Source: an uncultured Actinomycetes bacterium | GTDB taxonomy: Bacteria; Actinomycetota; Thermoleophilia; Solirubrobacterales; Solirubrobacteraceae | DNA: 24,000 nucleotides | NCBI GenBank assembly: GCA_963718675.1 | Contig: OY970366.1 | Location: 510,472-534,471, forward strand | Direction of reading: 5' to 3' | In this document: piece by piece, positions 1-8,626 of the stretch | Numbering within the stretch: the stretch's first letter is position 1 | Layout of the letters: the number at the start of each line of letters is the position of its first letter | Program-made: the position numbers and the translations under genes | Notes under the pieces: generated by a model | Database searches by the model: none | What the model was told of the DNA's origin: nothing | Seen by the model: only the letters and a program-made list of their open reading frames with translations

Positions 1-1914
1 CGGATCCTCGTCCACGCGCAGCCCGACCGCGTGGCGAGCGTCCGCGCGGAGCTGCGGCAGCTCGCCGCCGGCCGCCTGAACGTCGGCCCGGCCGACGCGA
101 TGGTGCAGCGCCTGCGCGCCGCGTCGGTTCCGGACGACCAGTCGACGCTGCTGTTCTCGGCGATCAGCGCGATGATCGGCGCGCTGTTCGCGTTCAACGC
201 GATGCTGCTGACGATGCCCGACCGGCGCGCGTTCATCGCGGAGCTGCGCATGCAGGGCTTCACGCCGCCGCAGGTCGTCGGCGTGCTCGCGTTCCAGGCG
301 GTCGTGCTCGGCCTCGTCGCCTCGCTCGCCGGGCTCGCGCTCGGCGACGCGCTCTCGCGCACGGTCTTCCACGCGCGGCCGACGTACCTCGCGTTCACGT
401 TCCCGATCGGCACGCAGCGGATCGTCCCCGCAAGCGTCGTCGTGCTCTCGATCGCGTCCGGCCTCGCCGCCGCCCTGCTCGCGATGGCGCGTCCGCTCGC
501 CGACGTCTTCACGCGCCAGCCGCTCGACGCGGTCCACGCGGAGCGCGGCGAGACGGGCGAGGGCCTCGACGCGGGGCTGCGGCGCCGTCTGATGCTCGCC
601 GGCCTCGCGCTGCTGGCCTGCGTCACCGTCGTCGTCGCGCTCGCCCCGCGCACGACGATCGCGGGCGTGACGGCGCTCGCGCTCGCGCTGCTGCTCGTGA
701 TCCCGGCAGCGTTCGCCGCCGCCGCGCCGTTGCTCGACCGGTTTGCGCGCCGCTTCAGCGCCAACATGCTGCTGATGGCCGTGATGGGCGCACGCTCGAC
801 GATGACGCGCTCGATCTCGGTCGCCGCGATCGCCTCGCTCGCGGTCTTCGGCAGCGTCGCGATCGGCGGCGCGCGCGGCGACCTCGTGCACGGGCTGGAG
901 CGCGGCTTCGCCGAGCACGTCGGGACCGCCGACCTGTGGGTCACGACGCCCGGGCGAAGCCTCACGACGGACCCGTTCTCGCTCACGCCGCGCGAGCTCG
1001 CGCGCCTGCGGGCCGCGCCGGAGGTGGCGGCCGTGCGCGTGTACCAGGGGGGCATGCTCGACCTGCCCGACCGGCGCGTGTGGCTCGTCGCGCGACCGCC
1101 CGGCGATCGCCGCATCGTCCCCGCGACACAGCTGGTGGACGGCGATGCCGCGCTCGCCGAACGACGTCTGCACGAGCACGGCTGGGCGACCGTCTCGCAG
1201 ACGATCGCCGACGACCTCCATCTGCGGCTCGGCGCGCCGTTCACGCTGCCCACGCCCACCGGGGCGCTGCGCCTGCGGCTCGCCGCGACCACGACGAACC
1301 TCGGCTGGGGATCGGGCGCGATCGTCGTCAACACGCGCGACTACCGCCGCGGCTGGGCCTCCACGGCGCCGAGCGCGCTCGAGATCGACCTCGCGCCGCA
1401 CGTGACCGCGGCCGGAGGACGCGCGGCGGTCCGCCGCGTCCTCGGTCCGGGCCATGCGCTCGACGTGCAGACCGCGGCGCAGTTCGACCAGGAGTTCACG
1501 TCCTTCCTGCACGGCGGACTGACGCGCCTGTCGCAGATCTCGACGCTGCTCGTGGTGGCGGCCGCGCTCGCGCTCGCCGCCGCGATGAGCGCCGCGATCT
1601 GGCAGCGCCGCCGGCGGCTCGCCGCCTACAAGGTGCAGGGCTTCAGAGAGCCGCAGCTGCGGCGGATCGTGGTGCTCGAGGCGCTCGTCGTCCTCGCGCT
1701 CGGCTGCGGGCTCGGGACCCTCGTCGGCGTCTACGGGCATCTGCTCGGCAACCGCTGGCTGGCGCTCACCACCGGGTTCCCGGCGGCGTTCTCGCTGCAG
1801 GTGACGCAGGCGCTCACGACGCTCGGCGTGCTCGCGCTCGTGGCGGTGGCGATCGTGGCGACCGCCGGGACGTTCGCGGTGCGCGTCCCGCCCTCGGCGA
1901 GCTTCCGGGAGTGA
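1..1914 (+). CDS. ABC transporter permease, FtsX/MacB type, 5'-partial (runs off window start)
   Basis: Frame 1 is open from base 1 (RILVHAQPDR precedes the listed M at 31). Two clusters of hydrophobic helices (AISAMIGALFAFNAMLL...; LLVVAAALALAAAMSAAIWQRRRRLAAYKVQGF...LEALVVLALGCGLG) are separated by a ~200-aa soluble loop, the tandem-FtsX layout. Stop TGA 1912-1914. Confidence 0.8.
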   Translation, partial: RILVHAQPDRVASVRAELRQLAAGRLNVGPADAMVQRLRAASVPDDQSTLLFSAISAMIGALFAFNAMLLTMPDRRAFIAELRMQGFTPPQVVGVLAFQAVVLGLVASLAGLALGDALSRTVFHARPTYLAFTFPIGTQRIVPASVVVLSIASGLAAALLAMARPLADVFTRQPLDAVHAERGETGEGLDAGLRRRLMLAGLALLACVTVVVALAPRTTIAGVTALALALLLVIPAAFAAAAPLLDRFARRFSANMLLMAVMGARSTMTRSISVAAIASLAVFGSVAIGGARGDLVHGLERGFAEHVGTADLWVTTPGRSLTTDPFSLTPRELARLRAAPEVAAVRVYQGGMLDLPDRRVWLVARPPGDRRIVPATQLVDGDAALAERRLHEHGWATVSQTIADDLHLRLGAPFTLPTPTGALRLRLAATTTNLGWGSGAIVVNTRDYRRGWASTAPSALEIDLAPHVTAAGGRAAVRRVLGPGHALDVQTAAQFDQEFTSFLHGGLTRLSQISTLLVVAAALALAAAMSAAIWQRRRRLAAYKVQGFREPQLRRIVVLEALVVLALGCGLGTLVGVYGHLLGNRWLALTTGFPAAFSLQVTQALTTLGVLALVAVAIVATAGTFAVRVPPSASFRE

Positions 1915-3030
1915 TGCATTCCTGCTGATCCGGGCCCGACGTACGACGGGCGCGAGCAGGCGGGCGGGCTGCGGCGACGGCTCGCGCTCGGCGCCGCCCT
2001 CGCCCGCGCACTGGCCGTCTACTGGCTGACGGTCTTCCCCCGCGCACGCGACGAGCTGTGCCGCTGGAGCGCGTGCGCGGACGCGATCGGCGACCCTGCG
2101 CTGCGCGAGCTCGCGCTCGGGAAGCTGCGCAGCGAGGGACTCGTCGCCGAGGGCGCGGCCGCGTTCGCGGTCCTCGCGGCGCGCCGGCATCGCGCCGACG
2201 TGATCCGCGCGGTCGTCGCCTATGAGGTCCTCTACGACGTCGTCGACGCGATCGGCGAGGCGCCCGTCGCGGACCCCCTTGCGCACAACCGCGCCGTGCA
2301 CGGCGCGCTGCTGGACGCGCTCGACCCGTCCGCGCCGTCGCGCAGCGAACCCGGCAGGCCGCTCACGCGCGACGGCGCCTGCTACCTCGCGACGCTCGCG
2401 CGCGGCTGCCGCGACGCGCTGCGGCGGCTGCCTGCGCACCGGATGACGCTGCCGGCGCTGCAGCGGTTCGCGACGCGTGCCCGCGAAGCGCAGAGCCTCA
2501 ACCACGCCGGGGCCGCCGACGAGCACCGGGGGCTCGCCCGGTGGGCCGACGCGCAATCGGTTCCCGGCGCCTGCTGGTGGGAGGTGGCCGCCGCGGCCGG
2601 AGACCCGCTCGGGGTCTTCGCGCTCGTCGCCGCTGCCGGCCGGCCGGCCACGCTGCGCGACGACGCCGAGATGGTCGAGCACGCGTACTTTCCCGCGATC
2701 GGCGCGCTCGTGTGGCTGATGGAGAGCCTCGTCGACCACTGCGAGGACGCACGCACGGAGAACCACAGCTACGTCGGGCGCTACGCCTCGCCGGAGCACG
2801 CCGCCGAGCGCCTGGCCGCGATCGCCGGGCGGGCGGGCGCGGCGACCGAGCTGCTGTCGCGGGCCGCCACGCACCGGGTGCTGCTGGCCGGCGTCGCGAG
2901 CCTCTACCTGTCGGACCCGGGCGCCGGCGCGCCCGCGGCCGTGGCTCCCGCCGGCGCCGTGCACCGCGCGCTCGGCTGGCCGGTCGGGCTGCTGGTGGCG
3001 GTGCTGCGGGTGCGGCGTCGGCTCGGGTGA
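1915..3030 (+). CDS. DUF2600 / tetraprenyl-beta-curcumene synthase (YtpB)-like family protein; start codon unresolved
   Basis: Family-like sequence begins well upstream of the only canonical start (GTG 2200): LALGAALARALAVYWLTVFPRARDELCRWSACADAIGDPALRELALGKL...EGAAAFAVLA. Later comes the acidic motif WLMESLVDHCEDARTENHSYVGRY. Frame 1 is open from 1915 to 3030 with no ATG/GTG/TTG between 1915 and 2199. Confidence 0.6.
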   Translation, partial: CIPADPGPTYDGREQAGGLRRRLALGAALARALAVYWLTVFPRARDELCRWSACADAIGDPALRELALGKLRSEGLVAEGAAAFAVLAARRHRADVIRAVVAYEVLYDVVDAIGEAPVADPLAHNRAVHGALLDALDPSAPSRSEPGRPLTRDGACYLATLARGCRDALRRLPAHRMTLPALQRFATRAREAQSLNHAGAADEHRGLARWADAQSVPGACWWEVAAAAGDPLGVFALVAAAGRPATLRDDAEMVEHAYFPAIGALVWLMESLVDHCEDARTENHSYVGRYASPEHAAERLAAIAGRAGAATELLSRAATHRVLLAGVASLYLSDPGAGAPAAVAPAGAVHRALGWPVGLLVAVLRVRRRLG

Positions 3031-3040
3031 GCCGGCGGCG

Positions 3041-3808
3041 CTACCGGCCGGCGCGGCCCGGCGCGCCGTCGCGGCCGCCGTCGCGGCCGGGACGGTCGCC
3101 GCGCGGGCGGCGGTCGTGCAGGCCGACGACCTTGGCGCGCGGCGCGGTCATCTCGGCGCGCAGGACGCCGCCGGCGATCGTCAGCGCGCGGTCGACGCCG
3201 GCGACGCCGAGCGCCTCCCCCGTCGTCATCAGCACGGCGACGTCGCCGTCGGCGATCGAGCGCACGAGCAGCAGCACCGCCTCGCGCTCGAGCACGTCGA
3301 CGTGGCAGGTCGGGTCGTCGACGAGCAGCAGGCGCGGCGAGCTCGCGAGCGCCTGGGCGATCGCGACGCGCAGGCGCTCGGTCGGCGTCAGCTGCTCCGG
3401 CGGCAGGTGGGCGCAGCCGGCGGCGCCGACGCGCTCGAGTCCCAGCAGCGCGCGCTCGCGCGCCACGCCGGGCGGCGTCCCGCGCGCGATCAGCGGGATC
3501 GCGACGTGGTCGGCGACGGCCGCCCCGCCGCCGGCCGCCAGCTCGGTCTGCACGAAGCCGATGCCGTCCGCGACGCCGCCGTCGGCGCCGGGCGCGAGCG
3601 GGCGGCCCTCGAAGCGCACCGTGCCGCGGTCCGGCCGCTCGGTCCCGGCCGCCACGCGCAGCAGCGTCGTCCGCCCCGAGCCGGCCAGGCCCCAGACGGC
3701 GACCAGCTCGCCGGGCTCGATCGCGAGCGTGACGTCGTCGAGCGCGACGACCTCGCGCCGGCCGCGTCCGTAGCGCTTGCCGACGCGCTCAAGCGTCAGC
3801 AGGCTCAT
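3041..3808 (-). CDS. ABC-type ATPase-like protein with degenerate catalytic motifs
   Basis: ABC fold at the N-terminus (LTLERVGKRYG...VALDDVTLAIEPGELVAVWGLAGSGRTTLLRVAAG). Walker A Lys is Arg (GSGRTT), the signature LSGGQ reads LTPTE, Walker B reads LLLVDDP (Asp where the catalytic Glu sits), and there is no H-loop His (VLMTTGE). ATG 3808 overlaps the upstream PadR-like gene by 20 nt. Confidence 0.75.
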   Translation of the reverse strand: MSLLTLERVGKRYGRGRREVVALDDVTLAIEPGELVAVWGLAGSGRTTLLRVAAGTERPDRGTVRFEGRPLAPGADGGVADGIGFVQTELAAGGGAAVADHVAIPLIARGTPPGVARERALLGLERVGAAGCAHLPPEQLTPTERLRVAIAQALASSPRLLLVDDPTCHVDVLEREAVLLLVRSIADGDVAVLMTTGEALGVAGVDRALTIAGGVLRAEMTAPRAKVVGLHDRRPRGDRPGRDGGRDGAPGRAGR

Positions 3809-4427
3809 CGCGCCGTCTCGGCCGCCCGCGCTCGAACGCGTCGATCTCCGTGCGCGCGTGCGTCACCCACGCGAGGTGCGCGTCGAGCTGGCCGCGCCGC
3901 GCGGCGAGCACGAGCCGCTCGACGAGCTCGCCGGCGGCGGCCGCGGGCGACGCGGTCTGCCGCTCCGGCGGCAGCGGCAGGCCGCTCGCCTCCTCCAGGC
4001 AGGCGCGCTCGAAGTCGTCGACGAGCGTGCGCAGCGTGCCGGCGCGGTCGGGGCCGACGGTGCCGGCGCCGGCGATCCGCCGCAGCAGCTCGACGTGTCG
4101 CGGGTCGGCGCGCAGCTCCTCGGCGACCCACTCGCGGAAGGAGCGCGCACCGCCGGCGGTCGCGCGGTAGTGGACCTTCGGCTGGCGACGCGCCGACGAG
4201 CGGGCGCCGTCCGCGGCGTCCGTCTCGACCTCCTCGGCCGGCAGCGGCTCGATCAGCCGCGCGCGCTCGAGCGCGTTGAGCGCCGCGTAGATCTGCGAGA
4301 TCGGCGGGTCGAGCACCCCGCCGTAGCGCCGTTCGAGGCGCTGGAACAGCTCGTAGCCGTAGCTCGGGCGCTCGATCACCAACCCGAGCACCGCCCAGTT
4401 CACGGCCGATCTCATTCTCACCGGCAC
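3789..4427 (-). CDS. PadR family transcriptional regulator
   Basis: PadR-type winged helix: NWAVLGLVIERPSYGYELFQRLERRYGG...ISQIYAALNALERARLIE. The listed start is GTG 4427; ATG 4415 (MRSAVNW...) is an equally good start. Confidence 0.8.
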   Translation of the reverse strand: MPVRMRSAVNWAVLGLVIERPSYGYELFQRLERRYGGVLDPPISQIYAALNALERARLIEPLPAEEVETDAADGARSSARRQPKVHYRATAGGARSFREWVAEELRADPRHVELLRRIAGAGTVGPDRAGTLRTLVDDFERACLEEASGLPLPPERQTASPAAAAGELVERLVLAARRGQLDAHLAWVTHARTEIDAFERGRPRRRDEPADA

Positions 4428-4537
4428 ACCCCGACCCCCGTCCGTCGTATCGAAACGGTGAGGGAACGCTATTGCACCTCGACCCGGAAACGCAAGCGTT
4501 CACCGTCGCCGCCGCGACACGGGTAGGGTTCCGGACG

Positions 4538-5305
4538 ATGTCCGGGGCGGCCGTGCTGACCGAGGAGCGCGACGGCGTCCTGCTCGTGATCCTCAACCGG
4601 CCCGAGCAGCGCAACGCCGTGAACCTCGCGGTCGCCGAGGGGATCGCGGCGGCGCTCGACCGGCTCGACGCGGAGCCCGCGCTGCGCGCCGGCGTGCTGG
4701 CCGGCGCCGGCAAGGGCTTCTGCGCGGGGATGGACCTGAAGGCGTTCGTCGCCGGCGAGCGCCCGTACGCGGGCGGGCGCGGCTTCGCGGGGATCGTCGA
4801 GCGCCCGCCGGCGAAGCCGCTGATCGCGGCGGTCGAGGGCTTCGCGGTCGCGGGCGGCTTCGAGGTCGCGCTCGCGTGCGACCTGATCGTCGCGGCGCGC
4901 GGCGCGCGCTTCGGGCTGCCGGAGGTCAAGCGCGGCCTCGTCGCCGCCGGCGGCGGCCTGCTGCGGCTGCCGCGGCGGATCCCGTACCACCTCGCGATGG
5001 AGCTGGCGCTCACGGGCGACCCCATCGACGCCGAGCGCGCGCACGCCGCCGGCCTCGTGAGCCGGCTGGCCGAGCCGGGCGGCGCGCTCGACGCGGCGCT
5101 CGAGCTGGCGGCGCAGGTCGCCGCCAACGGCCCGCTCGCGACCGCCGCGTCCAAGCGCATCGTCGCCGAGGCGCCGAGCTGGCCGGCCGGCGAGCAGTGG
5201 GCACGCCAGGCCGAGATCGCCGGCCCCGTGCGCGAGTCCGAGGACGCCCGCGAGGGCGCCCGCGCCTTCGCCGAGAAGCGCCCGCCGCGCTGGCGGGGGC
5301 GCTGA
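4538..5305 (+). CDS. enoyl-CoA hydratase/isomerase (crotonase) family protein
   Basis: MSGAAVLTEERDGVLLVILNRPEQRNAVN, GKGFCAGMDLK, AAVEGFAVAGGFEVALACDL, EGARAFAEKRPPRW are typical crotonase-fold blocks. ATG 4538 is preferred over the upstream in-frame start at 4472. Confidence 0.85.
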   Translation: MSGAAVLTEERDGVLLVILNRPEQRNAVNLAVAEGIAAALDRLDAEPALRAGVLAGAGKGFCAGMDLKAFVAGERPYAGGRGFAGIVERPPAKPLIAAVEGFAVAGGFEVALACDLIVAARGARFGLPEVKRGLVAAGGGLLRLPRRIPYHLAMELALTGDPIDAERAHAAGLVSRLAEPGGALDAALELAAQVAANGPLATAASKRIVAEAPSWPAGEQWARQAEIAGPVRESEDAREGARAFAEKRPPRWRGR

Positions 5306-5336
5306 GCGGGCGCGAGCGCGGCGCGCGCCCGCTCAG
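5302..5336. terminator. GC-rich hairpin between convergent genes (possible bidirectional terminator)
   Basis: Perfect 13-bp inverted repeat CTGAGCGGGCGCG (5302-5314) / CGCGCCCGCTCAG (5324-5336) with a 9-nt spacer. The TGA of the crotonase gene (5303-5305) and the TGA of ligD-pol (complement of 5333-5335) lie inside the two arms. No T-run. Confidence 0.45.
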
Positions 5337-6266
5337 CCGCCCAGCCCTCTGAGCCCCGGCAGCGCCTGGCGGAGGGTCGCGACCTCGGCGAACAGGTCGC
5401 CGTGGGCGGCGACGCGCGCGAGCACGGCGTCGTGCTCGAAGCGCAGCAGGCCGGGGTCGCCGGCGTCGCGGCAGGCCGCGACCTCGCCCCACGTCACGGG
5501 CGTGGAGACGGTCGCCCGCTCGCGGGCGCGCAGCGAGTAGACGGCGACGGTCGTCTTGTGCTCGTCGTTCTGCGACCAGTCGATCAGCACCTTGCCGGCG
5601 CGCTCGCCGCCGGCCTTCCTCATCTCCGGAGACGACCAGCTCCGGCAGCTGCTGCGCGAACAGGTGCGCGACCGCGTGCGCGAACGGCTTCGTCGCCGCG
5701 TAGCTCGCATCCGCGTCGTTGAGCGGCACGTACACCTGCAGGCCCTTGGAGCCCGACGTCTTCGGGAACGCGCGCAGGCCGAGCTGCTCGAACATGCCGC
5801 GCAGTGCGAGCGCGACCTCGCAGCACGCCACGATCGTCGCGGGCTCGCCGGGGTCGAGGTCGAAGACGAGCGCGGTCGGGCGCTCGATCGCGTCGGCCTT
5901 CGAGAGCGAGGGGTGCAGCTCGAGGGCGGCGAGGTTCGCGAGCCACGTGAGCGTCGGCAGGTCCTGGCAGAGCACGTAGTCGATCTCGCGTCTGCTGTGG
6001 CGGCTGTAGACGCCGACGGTCTGCACCCAGTCGGGCCGGTGCCGCGGGGCCTGCTTCTCGTAGAAGGATCTGCCCTCCACGCCGTCCGGGTAGCGCTTGA
6101 GCGTGAGCGGACGGTCGCGCAGGTGCGGCAGCAGCGCCGGCGCGATCGCCGTGCACCACGCGACCAGGTCGCGCTTGGAGAAGCCGGCCTGCGGATAGAG
6201 CAGCTTGTCGGGGTTGCTGAGCCTGATCGTGCGGCCCTCGACGTGGAGCTCCTCACCGCCGCGCAT
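5333..6266 (-). pseudogene. ligD: LigD polymerase/primase domain (NHEJ), stand-alone, single-nt frameshift
   Basis: The N-terminal two thirds are in one frame (MRGGEELHVEGRTIRLSNPDKLLYP...YEKQAPRHRPDWV...LVFDLDPGE...FPKTSGSKGLQVYVPL...AQQLPELVVS). The C-terminal third is in another (MRKAGGERAGKVLIDWSQNDEHKTTVAVYSLRA...VSTPVTWGEV). The join lies near 5620-5632. Total 934 nt = 3n+1. Confidence 0.8.
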
Positions 6267-6271
6267 CGGCG

Positions 6272-7348
6272 TCAGAAGTCGTGGCGGGCGAGCCGCAGGC
6301 CGCCGTGGCGCTGCTCGCCGTCGACCGCGGCCATCGCGGGCACCATCTCGCTCGTGACGAGCCCGTGCTCGCGGGTGAGCTCGTCGACGATCTCGAACGA
6401 GCTCGCGATCCGCTCGGGCGTGTCCACCACCACCGTCACGACGGGGACGTGGCGGCCGAGCGCCAGCAGCCGGTCGCCGTGCGGGGCGTGGTCGCCGTGA
6501 AAGCCCCAGATGCCGCGCAGCGCGGTCGCGCCGGCCGCGCCGGACTCGCGCAGGCGGCGCACGATCGCGCGGTGGATCGGGTGGCCGTCGCGGCGAGCGC
6601 TCTCGGAGGTGTAGACCGTCAGCTTCTGCCACAGCGCCATGCCGTGCTCGTCGCTGCCCGGCAGCGCATGCGGACGCTTCAGCAGCTCGCCGTCGCGCTT
6701 GCACACGCGCACGCGCTCCAACGTGATCGACGGCCGCTCCAGCAGCCGCTCGAGCTCGGGCAGCGCGCGGGCGATCCGCTCGCCGGCGCCGACCGCGATC
6801 ACCATCATCGGCACCTCCGCGTTGCGCGAGAAGAACCCGGCCCGCTCGCGCCGCCCGCGGACGGTCCCGTCGACGCCGAGCAGCGCCGTCGCGCCGGCGA
6901 TCCCGCGACGCTGCAGCAGGTCGCACACCGCCGCGAACGCCGGGGTGCGGTCGACGCGCTCCTGGCGGCCGAGGTAGATCGTCAGCTTCGTCGCCTCGTG
7001 CAGCTGCTCCGGCAGCGCGTCCGGCGCGATCTCGCCGGTGAGCAGCCGTGCGCGCTCGAGCGTCGCCAGGCCGCGGCGCTTGATCGCCAGGACGTCGTCG
7101 AGCAGCGCCTCGATCCGCGGGCGGGTGTCGACCGCGATCGCCGCGATCGGCAGGTCCTCGGAGAGCGTCAGCAGCCGATCGGTCCGCAGATGGTGCCTGC
7201 GACCGAACCCCTCGGCGCCGCGCAGCAGGATGCTGCTCGCCACCTGCCGGGCGCCGTAGAGGTCGAGCAGCGCGTCGGCGAGCAGCTGGTGCTCGGTGCG
7301 CTGACGCTCGCCGAAGTACGTCGTGAGCTTCAGGCAGTCGTCGTTCAC
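6272..7348 (-). CDS. triple-tandem DUF190 (PII-like, CrcB-associated) protein
   Basis: 358 aa from GTG 7348, made of three ~100-aa repeats of the DUF190 pattern: LKLTTYFGERQR...LLRGAEGFGRRHHLRTDRLLTLSEDLPIAAIAVD; KLTIYLGRQERV...GIAGATALLGVDG...EVPMMVIAVG; KLTVYTSESARRDGHPIHRAIVRRLRESGAAGATALRGIWGFHGDH...HVPVVTVVVD. The GTG overlaps the crcB stop (GTGA). Confidence 0.8.
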   Translation of the reverse strand: MNDDCLKLTTYFGERQRTEHQLLADALLDLYGARQVASSILLRGAEGFGRRHHLRTDRLLTLSEDLPIAAIAVDTRPRIEALLDDVLAIKRRGLATLERARLLTGEIAPDALPEQLHEATKLTIYLGRQERVDRTPAFAAVCDLLQRRGIAGATALLGVDGTVRGRRERAGFFSRNAEVPMMVIAVGAGERIARALPELERLLERPSITLERVRVCKRDGELLKRPHALPGSDEHGMALWQKLTVYTSESARRDGHPIHRAIVRRLRESGAAGATALRGIWGFHGDHAPHGDRLLALGRHVPVVTVVVDTPERIASSFEIVDELTREHGLVTSEMVPAMAAVDGEQRHGGLRLARHDF

Positions 7349-7710
7349 AGCCCGCTCCCGACCAGCCGCCCGAGCGCCGCCGCACAGACGCCGGCGACCA
7401 AGCTCACCGCGACGTTCGCCCACAGATTCGCGACCTCGCGCTCCTCCCCGAGGCGCTGGGTCTCCAGCAGCCAGGTCGAGAACGTCGTGTAGGAGCCGAC
7501 CGCCGCGGCGCCCGCCAGCAGCGCCCGGTCGTGGCTGAGCGCCAGGCCCGTGACGAAGCCGAGCAGCATCGCTCCCGTGAGGTTCACGACCAGCGTCCCG
7601 AACGGGAACGCGCGCCCGGTCCGCTCCGCGACCGCACCGTCGACGAAGAACCGCAGCAGCGACCCGCACCCGCCGATCGCCATCACCCCCGCCCACAGCA
7701 GCACGCTCAC
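7345..7710 (-). CDS. crcB: fluoride channel CrcB/Fluc, subunit 2
   Basis: 121 aa and four hydrophobic helices, with CrcB motifs [18 protein letters not shown] and [12 protein letters not shown] 7710 overlaps the stop of the upstream crcB (GTGA). Confidence 0.85.
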   Translation of the reverse strand: MSVLLWAGVMAIGGCGSLLRFFVDGAVAERTGRAFPFGTLVVNLTGAMLLGFVTGLALSHDRALLAGAAAVGSYTTFSTWLLETQRLGEEREVANLWANVAVSLVAGVCAAALGRLVGSGL

Positions 7711-8180
7711 GCCCGCACCCCCACCCGCCGCGTCAGCGCGGTCGCCAGCTGCACCGCCAGGTAGCCGGCGGCGACGCTCGCCGTCGCGTAGCCGGCCGCC
7801 AGCGGATAGCGGTGCGCGTCGAGCATCTCCAACAGCTCGACCTGCATCGTCGAGAACGTCGTCAGCCCGCCGCACAGCCCGGTGCCGAGCAACGGCCGGC
7901 GATAGGAGGAGAGCGGCAGCCGCTCCTGCAACCGCGTCGCGAAGTACCCGAGCAGGAACGCGCCCGCGACGTTGACCGCGAACGTCGGCCACGGCCACGC
8001 CGACGCGCCGTGCGGGAAGGCGTCGGCGAGCGCGGCGCGCAGCAGCGAGCCCAGCGCGCCGCCGGCGAAGATCGCCGCCAGCTCGCGCCGGTCGAACCGC
8101 GCCACCCCGCCCCGGCCGCGGCCGGGGCGGCTGAGCCGCGCCGCGCGCGCGGGCGGAGACTGCGGGGCGGCGCTGCTCAT
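7707..8180 (-). CDS. crcB: fluoride channel CrcB/Fluc, subunit 1 (with Arg/Pro-rich N-terminal extension)
   Basis: [19 protein letters not shown] and [15 protein letters not shown] are CrcB motifs. ATG 8180 is chosen; a shorter internal start is possible. Confidence 0.8.
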   Translation of the reverse strand: MSSAAPQSPPARAARLSRPGRGRGGVARFDRRELAAIFAGGALGSLLRAALADAFPHGASAWPWPTFAVNVAGAFLLGYFATRLQERLPLSSYRRPLLGTGLCGGLTTFSTMQVELLEMLDAHRYPLAAGYATASVAAGYLAVQLATALTRRVGVRA

Positions 8181-8626
8181 CGCCGCCGGCCGGCTCGCCG
8201 CTCGCCGCGCGGCGGCAGCCCGAGCCCGATCGCGATCGCGTGCATGAGCCGAGGATGCCAAGAACGAGCGGTCCCGGCGTGGCCGGCGCATCGCTCGAGA
8301 GCCACCGGCCGAGGCGCCCCCGGCACCGATCCCACCAACCATGCGCCGTCCCACCACAGAGCAGCTGTGAGGAGACAGAGATGCGCTACGTGGTCTATCA
8401 GGACAACGGCGGGCAGCGCGCGAGCACACGATCGCCGTGCGCTCTCGCGGCGGGCCGCAGCTCGATCACGGCGGTGGCCGGAGCCGGTGAGGCCCCCGGG
8501 ATGCCGATTCGATCGCAGCGCTTCAGGTTCGCTGCGGGATGGCCGATGAGGGCGTGGGCCCGTTCAGCGTGCGGACACCCTCACGGGTGCCGATGGCCCC
8601 CGTCCCGCTTCGATCGGAGGCCCGTC

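Noticed and set aside
8181-8626. Looked for a fluoride (crcB-motif) riboswitch upstream of the crcB pair on the minus strand.
   Set aside because: The leader contains a GCGATG and some GC hairpins. I could not fit the conserved core as I remember it (GGCGAUGG..UUCGCC...AACCGCC...CUGAUGAUGCCUAC) or its pseudoknot. An Infernal scan with RF01734 would settle it.
8381-8626. ATG 8381 with a good GGAGA Shine-Dalgarno, opening [12 protein letters not shown], which is faintly DUF1508/YegP-like and in frame with the collagen-like gene.
   Set aside because: The translation after the first 12 residues is low-complexity and matches nothing I recognise. It would also place the signal peptide ~85 residues inside the protein. 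GTG 8627 is kept as the start.
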